A DNA stretch of 31,303 bases from NCBI RefSeq assembly GCF_000181795.1, contig NW_003526945.1, positions 1,292,990 through 1,324,292 on the forward strand. The letters are read 5' to 3'. The position numbers were made by a program, and so were the translations under genes. This DNA comes from Trichinella spiralis (lineage: Eukaryota). This document shows positions 22,931-31,303 of the stretch, one piece after another. Position 1 is the first letter of the stretch, and the number at the start of each line of letters is the position of its first letter. The notes beneath the pieces were generated by a model, which made no database searches, was not told the origin of the DNA, and saw nothing but the letters and a program-made list of their open reading frames with translations.

Positions 22931-25900
22931 ATTTTTTCAACAACTTTATTTTTAATTTCCGCTGAATATTCTGATCTTTTTGTGCCGTAGATGATTCGTT
23001 TTTGATCAATCTTGTCGATTCGCCCGGTCATGTGGATTTTTCCGGCGAAGTGTGCGCGGCGGCGGTGCTCTGCGACGGCGCCGTCGTACTGATCGACGTG
23101 ATCGAGGGTGTCTGTCCGCAGACGAGCGCCAGCTTGCGTCTCGCTTGGAAAGAAGGCCTGAAGCCTTGTATTGTGTTGAACAAAATCGACCGACTGTTCG
23201 TCGAATATCGGATGAATCCGATGGACGCGTACCGACGGCTTGTTCAAGTTTTGGAACAAGCGAACGCGGTCGCCGGCGAATTGTTCGTTTCGCGTGAAAT
23301 TGAAAAGGAGGACTTTTTGTCCCGAAGGAGACGTTCCATGTCGAGGAGTTCGTTGAGAAAATCCGAAAGTGGTAATGCAGCGAGCAGTAGTTTGCGCTGC
23401 GGCGTTTCACTTTCTTACTGTGTCTTGTTCCATCTTCAGCCGAGGAGATGTTGTACTTCATGCCCGAAACTGGCAACGTCGTTTTCGCCAGTGCGTTGGA
23501 CAATTGGGGATTCCGGTTGCGGGATTTTGCCAGATTTTGGTCCAAGCGTCTGCAGACGGAGGAAGAATTGCTGCTCCAAGCACTGTGGGGTGACTATTAC
23601 ATCGACTCGAAGACCAAGTTGCCGGTGTTCGGCGCGTCGGACAAAGGCAAGAGCCCGTTGTTCGTGGTGATGATTTTGAATAATTTGTCGGCCATTTACG
23701 ACGCGATGATCATCAACGCCGAAAAGGGTCGAATTGAAAAAATACTCAACTCACTCCAATTGGACGTGGTGGGCAAGGAGTTCGCCAAAAGTGACAGCCG
23801 GCAACGTTTGCAAATAGTCATGTCGCGATGGTTGCCGTTGGCCGAGTGCGTTTTGGGCATGGTGTGCGAGTTGTTGCCGTCGCCCAAGCATCTGGACAAC
23901 GACCGCATCGAGCGGATCATGTGCGGCGATCGGTTCGCCCATTGCGACTGTTTGGAACCGAAAGCGCGGGAGATGAAACCCCTGTTCAAGGAGTGTTCAA
24001 TGGAGGTTGATTGCGCAACGACGCTGTTCATTTCGAAAATGATCGCCGTCGAGGAAGACTTGCTTCGAGGCAAGAATAAATTCATGCTGCCCAACTCGGT
24101 CGAGTGCAATTATTGGCTTCAGGCTGCGGACAAAGTGGAGCCGTCGACCGGTCAGTGTGTGTTTCTTGGTTTTGCCCGGATATTCACCGGCAATTTGTGT
24201 TCGGGTGACGTTTTGCATTGGATCCCGGATTACGCGATGGTTCAGTCCGGCAACGCGACCCTTCGTGAAATCACCATTGGTCAACTGTACGTGATGATGG
24301 GTCGAGAATTCGAGGCGGTGGACCAAGTGTGCGCGGGCAATTTGGTCTGCATCGGCGGTGTGCAGGATCTGGTCGCCAGGACGGCGACTTTGTCGACCGA
24401 TTCCAATTGTCCACCATTGTGCGATTCGGGCTTCTACGCCAAACCGATCGTCCAAGTGTCGGTCGAGCCGAAGAACACCAGAGATTTGCCGGCACTGGTT
24501 CGGGGTATTGGTTCCGAGTTGGTCGAACGCTTTTAGTGTTCGATTAAGACCGCTCTGGACGCTAACGATGCTTTTTCAGGTCTGAAGATGCTGAACTTGG
24601 CCGACGGATGTGTGCAAGCGTTGGTCGAAGATTCCGGCGAGCACGTGCTCACGGCGGTCGGGGAAATTCACTTGCACCGTTGCATAAAGGACCTGTGCGA
24701 CCGCTTCGCCAACGGGATCGATCTGATCATATCCGATCCGGTGGTTCCGTTCAACGAGACCATTGTACCAGTGACGCCAGCAGTCGTCGACTCGACCAAC
24801 GAAACCACCACCACCACCACTTCGACGCAAAGTGAAAAAGTCGACCGATCGATCACGGTCACCACAGCCGGCAGGACCATCACCATTGTCACCGAGGCTG
24901 TACCGTTGCCAGAACCGATACAGCAGGTTCGCCAACCACATCCCAGCACAGTGATGTTCTTGTTCGACTAGTTGTTCATCATGTTCGTGTAGATACTTGA
25001 AGAGAATGAGCCGTTGATCGCGATGATCGATCCTGTGACCAATCGGATAGACGTTACCGGCAACACGGCCGGTCGACTGGCATCTATCCGGGACGGTTTC
25101 GACGAGATCCGCGAACAGTTGATCAACGTTTGCAGCAATTTGGGCAAACAGTGGTCCAACATTGTGCAACGTCTTTGGGCGTTCGGTCCACGCAGAGCTG
25201 TGGTCAATCTCCTGTTGAACGGCATCGACGATTACGTCCGACCCAACTTTTTCGACATTCTGCTCGACCAGCATTTCGACTCGAGAACAGTATACAATTT
25301 GGTTTTCTTTTTTTTCTTCTTCTTCTTCTTCTTATTTAGCTGATCTGTTTATTCTGTTGATTCTGCTATGAATCTTTTTCAATGTTTGCAAATTTTTTTG
25401 TTTGTTTTTTTCTGTTCCAAGAAGAATATTGCTGAAAATGTTGTTTATTTTTGAGATGCACACCCATTTTTAATTGTCCAATTTGAGTGATATGGAAAAA
25501 TGTTGAAGGGTCTTCGGCAATATGATCAGAGTATTGTTGCCGGTTTCCATATTTGCTGTAAGGCCGGTCCGATTTGTGAAGAGCCGATTAGAGGTGTGGC
25601 ATTTCTGGTGAAATCTTGGGACAGCGTTGACAACGTCGACAGCATGGAAAGCATTTTTGGTCCACTGTCCGGCCAGTTGATTGTCGCCATGAAAGAGGGC
25701 TGTCGCGAGGCGTTCCAAGCCCAGCCTCAGCGTTTGATGTTGCCCATGTACACGTGCATTATTCAAGCTACCGGCGATGTGCTCGGACGTGTCTATTCGG
25801 TTTTGCACAGACGATCAGGAAAAGTAGGGTTGCATTTTGAAATCAATATATTATAATTTCAATTTATTTTACCATTTATGAGAGGGGTTGTTGTTGTTTA

Positions 25901-26291
25901 GGTTATTAACGAGGAGATGAAAGAAGGGACAAATTTGTTTCAAATAGTTGCCTCTATTCCGGTAGTCGAGTGTTTCGGCTTTGCTGATGATTTGAGAAAG
26001 CGAGCTAGCGGTTTAGCTTGGCCACAATTGGTTTTTTCTCATTGGGAGGTGAAATTGTTGTTGTTTATTTTTTTTCATGATTTCTGTATGTGTGTGTAAC
26101 AGGTCTTGACTATGGATCCGTTTCGGCTTCCAACGGCCGACGACGAGATTTCGCATCATGGTGAGAAAGTGGAATGGGAAAATAGCGCCATGCGTTACGT
26201 GAATATGATCCGAAAACGTAAAGGATTGTCGGTGAATGAGAAAATTGTTCAGCACGCTGAAAAGCAAAGAACTCGAGCGAAAAAAGTTTGA
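22565..26291 (+). CDS. EFL1: Elongation factor-like GTPase 1 (EFL1/EFTUD1/Ria1), ~999 aa
   Basis: Exons 22565-22823, 22991-23371, 23440-24504, 24580-24926, 24993-25289, 25509-25823, 25902-26048, 26103-26291 (3000 nt). G motifs [32 protein letters not shown]1-type segments [26 protein letters not shown] and C-terminal [17 protein letters not shown]. Confidence 0.95.
22848..22930. repeat. Compound (AAAT)n(AT)n(GT)n microsatellite in EFL1 intron 1
   Basis: Seen directly. Confidence 0.85.
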
Positions 26292-27664
26292 CAAAAGCCA
26301 CCAGAACCATTTCAGTCACATCAATAAGGGAGTGAATTAGTGAATGATTTTTATTTTTGTTGCTTCAGAGCTTTTTCTTTTTGAAATTTATTGTAATTTC
26401 ACACCCACATCCACACACACTGTATATTATCAGTGGGTGGTTTTTCTTTCTCCATCTTTCTTTTAATTAATTAATTAGGGTGACAAATGTTTACGGACTT
26501 GGAACATGCTGTTCATCTGTTCATCTTTCCAGCTACTATAAATTTTTCTTTTTGATTGCTCATTTCTAATGGTAAAACAATTAGCCAAATTTCAAGTACA
26601 TTCCCATATTTTGATTATAATGAAATTTGAAACTTTTCAACGGTGAATTTAGGAGAATTTTTATTCATTTTTCAAACATAATTCATTGTATGCAATTGTT
26701 TGTATGTTGTTTTTTTTATTTGGTAAATTATTTGAGAAGGTTTGATCGAAGTGGTTTTTTTGTGTTTTTAAAAAAGTTGCAGCATGCAGTCAGTGAGCAG
26801 TTGTGGATGCGATGCAGCTTGATTCGGCCGTTCAGTGTTGTCAAGGTTGAACCGTGTCAACAACATTCCGTCGAATGGTAATTATGCAAATTTTGTCCAA
26901 TAATGCACAAGTTCTTCTGGTCACGTTTCAGTGGTTAGCGAGGTTGAAGTTTTGTGGTCGAACGATTCCCCCCCCCCCCCACTAATCATTATCAATCAGT
27001 CAGTCAATCAATCCACAGTTGTTGCCTGAGTGACTGTGTGATTTGCAGCGAAAATGCTTCTCTGTCTGTCAGTCAGTCAGTCTGTCTGTCTGTCTGTATG
27101 TGTGTGTGTGTGTGTAAAAATGCTAATGTAGAAGGACTCGGTCGGCCGACAATTGCAAGGTCGACTTTTGCACACACACACACACACACACACAACTGGT
27201 CGGCTGGATTCAATCATGTCAATAATGCTCAGAGAGAGAGAAAGAGAGGAAGCTGAAAATATAGCCGAGGGTCAGACGCGCGACTTTGTATACCGCAACT
27301 GGACTGGAACGTTGGATTGGAGCGGAGCAAATGCTTTTGCTTGGAAAAACTGTGCTATTGCAACCCGTCCGCCGTCCAAATGATCATCATCATCACAACA
27401 ACAATCCGTTGAATATTACGAAATGTTCGTTCAACTTTGCATTTTTGGCTCTTTTCAGTAATTTTTACAGTGATCGTCCGTCCGTTCATTGGTTGTTGTA
27501 CAGCAGTTTTTTGGGTGGGGAGGGGGCAAGGCAAATTGTGTCCGGTCGGGGGAGGAGAACCATTAAAAAACAGAAACAACTCAGTTTTGTCCATTTGTAC
27601 ATGAAACAGAAGAAGAGTCAGTTCACATTGCCGTCTCATATTCGCCGCTCTCATCAGCCACAGC

Positions 27665-28414
27665 ATGTCGTCGGTGCGGACAGATAATTTTTGTCCCAAA
27701 ATAATCATCCTCGTCTTCATATGCATCTGCAAAGCGGTGAGCATTTCTTGTCACAAAATATTTCATCTGCATTATGACACTGTATAATTGAAATTTTTTC
27801 CAATTCACCCATTTATTTGCAGATATTTTCGGTAAATGCTTTTCTGGACAATGATGTCATTAGTGAGTTTGGAAAATTGTACTTCACCAACTGTTGTAAT
27901 AAATTTGTTTGTTCAGAAGAGCCTGCAGTGGTTTGCGATCACGATCGAATCATGTTCACTTTTGAAACGAAAAATCCATTCACAGGCCACGTATTTGTCA
28001 AAGGGAAATACGATGATCCGAATTGTAGGCAAGATTTTCTGGACAATAAAAGCAACGGCGCCACCGTTTCAATTCGCATACCGCAGTGCGGCATGAGAAG
28101 AATTCGGCAGGTGAAAAAAATAAAAGAAAATGAAAAAATTTCATTATGTTCCTATTTTTGCAATATTTTTTGTCTTTTTTTCTTGCTTTTTCAAAATTAT
28201 CCATATATTGTTGTTTGTTTTGAAAATTTGCAGCTTCAACCTCAAGCGACTAGCTATTCAGTGACTTTTATTGTCAATTTCCATCCAGAATTTATAACCA
28301 AATTTGACAAAGCTTTCAACGTTCGCTGTTTCTATTCACAACAAGACAAAATTGTCACTGCTCAACTCGAAGTTAGGTAAACTCGAAGTTGCTTATTTTG
28401 AAAATTTTGAAACA

Positions 28415-28471
<57 letters not shown>

Positions 28472-29826
28472 TTATTTATTTATTTAAGCATGGTACCGAC
28501 TCAATTTCTCGACTCTACAACCACACTGACGCCAAATTGTCAATATTCTGTACGTGCAGGATCCGTCAACGGCCCAGTTGTTCGTTATATTAAAGTTGGA
28601 GATGTTTTAGTTCATAGATGGGATTGCGACAATCGTAATTTGTGATAATTCAAAAGGATTTTGTTTATAAATATTCATTTTTACAATTTCAGCTGATTTT
28701 GGCATGCTTGTCAAGAACTGTTATGTTAGTGATGGCGTTGGACGTTCGGTGCGAATTTTAGACGAAACGGGGTAGGACATTTTTGCATTTTAGATTCACG
28801 TGCACAAAGCACATTTGACAATCATTGTTATTTCTATTTATTTATTCTCTTTAATTATATTTCGGAATATTTTGTGTTCATTTAGTTTCTTTTTTTTCCT
28901 CTTTTGTCCAATGACTTTTTTAACGTACGTTCAGGTGCCCAACGTTTTCACCCGGCATTCAAGGAAATCTGAACTACGATGCCAGTCTTAATACTGCATC
29001 CGTCAAAGTTTGGGCTTATAAATTTCCTGACCGTGCTGATCTTTTTTTTCAATGCCAGATACAAATCTGCAACAAGCAAAGCAACGAATGCGCCGCAATT
29101 ACGGTACATGTCGAAATTGTGCTGTTTTGTGATATTCACCTGGCGGCAGGTCATGAAATAAAAAAAATCTAATTTTTTAGCCTCCACATTGTCCAGTTGC
29201 ATCAGAATCCAATTGGACAGAATCCCAATTGAGCACAACCACTTCAGAATCTGTGACGTACGTCATTGGCAGTTTTGAGCAGCCTGAAAATGAGAAAATG
29301 GAAATACCACACCTTCCAGGTTACGGTAGAAGAAGCCGAGCGGTGGACTGGGATAGACCAAGTGGAATTGAACTTGACAACTTGACGCAGCAGCTGCATT
29401 CAGCATTGAAGGAGGTTGAATTTGCTGCTTCGAAAACGGCAGATAATTTAACATCATCAAACAGCAAAAGATTCCTAAGTGAAAAGGACGAGTACGCTTT
29501 CAGGAAAGAAAACGATGTCACGTTCAGCGTTGCAACAGACATAGTTTACATAGCGGACAAGGACGATACAAACAGTAAATTGAACATTACGTGCGAATGA
29601 GTAATTGGATCAAATGATCATTTTCCGCTTTTTTTCAGATTATCCATCCGAATCAACAGAAAAGTCAAGTGCAACATGTTTCAGCAGAACTGCATTTGCA
29701 ATGCTTTTGTACAGCTACACAATGCTGATCATTCTAGTTCTTTTTCTGACGTGCAAACTTGGCGGATTTCTCAACGCCTGCTCAAAACGAACAATTCATT
29801 CCAAAACCGTACGCCAAGATTCATAG
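27665..29826 (+). CDS. Cuticlin (CUT-1 family) ZP-domain protein with furin-type site and C-terminal TM, ~474 aa
   Basis: Exons 27665-27736, 27823-27862, 27917-28110, 28234-28376, 28489-28634, 28693-28771, 28935-29103, 29181-29574, 29639-29826. Motifs DNDVI, TKNPFTGHVFVKG, FHPEFITKFDKAFNVRCFY, VGDVLVHRWDC, YKFPDRADLFFQCQIQIC, RRSR, and a hydrophobic tail. Confidence 0.94.
28418..28485. repeat. (AT)n(ATTT)n microsatellite in a cuticlin intron
   Basis: Seen directly. Confidence 0.9.
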
Positions 29827-31303
29827 ATGCATGCATGCATACAGAAATGGATTTCTTTCCATTACAGATACTATTCAATTAGCAGTGATTTCCTGAACTG
29901 AAGTCAAATATTGACATAAATAAATGATAGTTGTCAAAAATGTTAGCCTGAGCAGTACAAATCAGTGATTACATGTTGCTTCAAGGAAAAGTATTACAAT
30001 TAACAAACTAAATGAAAAGTTGTTTATAGCCTTGATACAAAATACTTGAAAAACTAGCTATGACATCCCACCGCAAAACATTTTCACTGATACCAAATGT
30101 GTGCCTATTTGAATTCACTCACTCGCTAAGTAACAACAATGCTATGGCGATTTGCATAATAAGTATTTCACATAGTTTCCGGTGATGGAAATTGATTACA
30201 AATGCTAGAAAATGAAATAAATTCCCCATTCATGTCAAATTGTTGGGCTCATGCATGGTAGTTTTTCGAATCTTTCCACGTATCCACCAGCTAGTACAAT
30301 GGAAATTATTCCGATCATCTCAGGAACTACAGCGTATTAGAAAATAATTTTATGTTAAGAGCAAGCAATTTTGTGTCAATTAAAGGTATGTAAATTTTGA
30401 ATAACCCGCAATCGATGATTTTTTGATAAATTTGATAAAGTTGCCAGTGTGAACATTTGGAATTTTTAGAAAAAAAGACTGCAATATTACACGAAAATAG
30501 CTTTCAAATCTGATAATTTTTAACAATTCATATATCTGAACTGTAAGCAAAGAAAAAATTCAGTTAACAAAACTTTACAATTTTGAAGGTTTTTGCTACA
30601 TTAATGAAAGTCAAGAACAATTCTTTTAAAAAAAGCATTTATTTTTTTGGGTGAAAAAAATTGAATATTCCGTTGCAAAAATTAAAGAAACCATAACGTA
30701 TTTCTATTTATGTAAATTTCATTTTTTATTTATTTATATTTCGACTGGATAGAATTCCTATATAGTTGCACTTTTTCGTTTGTACCTCAAAAAGTACGCA
30801 TACCCTAGGCATCTGGATACGTTCATAGTTGTTTACGAACAATTCTCTGTCAAAAAAATTAATATCCTTAATTTTTGTAGAAAAAAATTTTTCTCGAAAA
30901 ATGCAAAATTTCATGGGCTATAGACTTGCTTGTTTTCGCGAAATTCAGCGAAAAATTTGTTATCAAATTTTGGACTTTCTTAAATTGTTACAGCTTTATA
31001 TTGATAAAAAATAGTGATTTGGAGAGTTTTACGTTAAACTGCATGGCAGTTGTGGAATAAATGGGCTCCAATTTTGACGTACTCCCTATTTTAATACATA
31101 GGGAAGACACCCATCAGTAACAGCTATTCAATGGAATCAGAGATTCCCAATTTCGGCAAATGAGACACTTTTGATACTGAAAATATCTTTTTCCACTAAT
31201 TTATCCTTTTTTTACGATCAATTGCTTCAAATTTCTGAAATTACTGCTGTTAAATAATCATTAATTGCTTCGAATCAAATCGAAAGCGTTGTAAGTGTTT
31301 ACA

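Noticed and set aside
23006..25274. Several long antisense and alternate-frame ORFs
   Set aside because: These are shadow ORFs produced by the GC-rich EFL1 coding sequence.
22565..26291. eEF2 or Snu114 identity
   Set aside because: There is no diphthamide loop motif and no acidic N-terminal domain, and the C-terminus is EFL1-type.
30862..30870. ATATCCTTA, similar to a U12 AT-AC donor
   Set aside because: Intergenic AT-rich context with no flanking exon.

Overview
AT-rich, intron-rich eukaryotic DNA from a nematode. Evidence: a cuticlin/ZP gene, TTTCAG acceptors, short introns and dense microsatellites. A clade I worm such as Trichinella is my inference, not a database result. Eight protein-coding genes were reconstructed by hand with consistent exon phases: the 3' part of CC2D2A/mks-6 (+), an intronless IL-17-family cytokine (-), an insulin/IGF-like peptide with IGF-type architecture (+), UBE2V/uev-1 (+), an intronless LAPTM-like four-TM protein (-), ALKBH7 (+), EFL1 (+) and a cuticlin (+). 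The most interesting unexplained signal is a GC-enriched ~295-nt non-coding block (9604-9897) between the divergent IL-17 and insulin-like genes. It folds into nested helices plus a possible pseudoknot and has an RNase P CR-I-like motif, making it a candidate unannotated structured RNA. No CRISPR array, tRNA, rRNA or intact transposon was seen.
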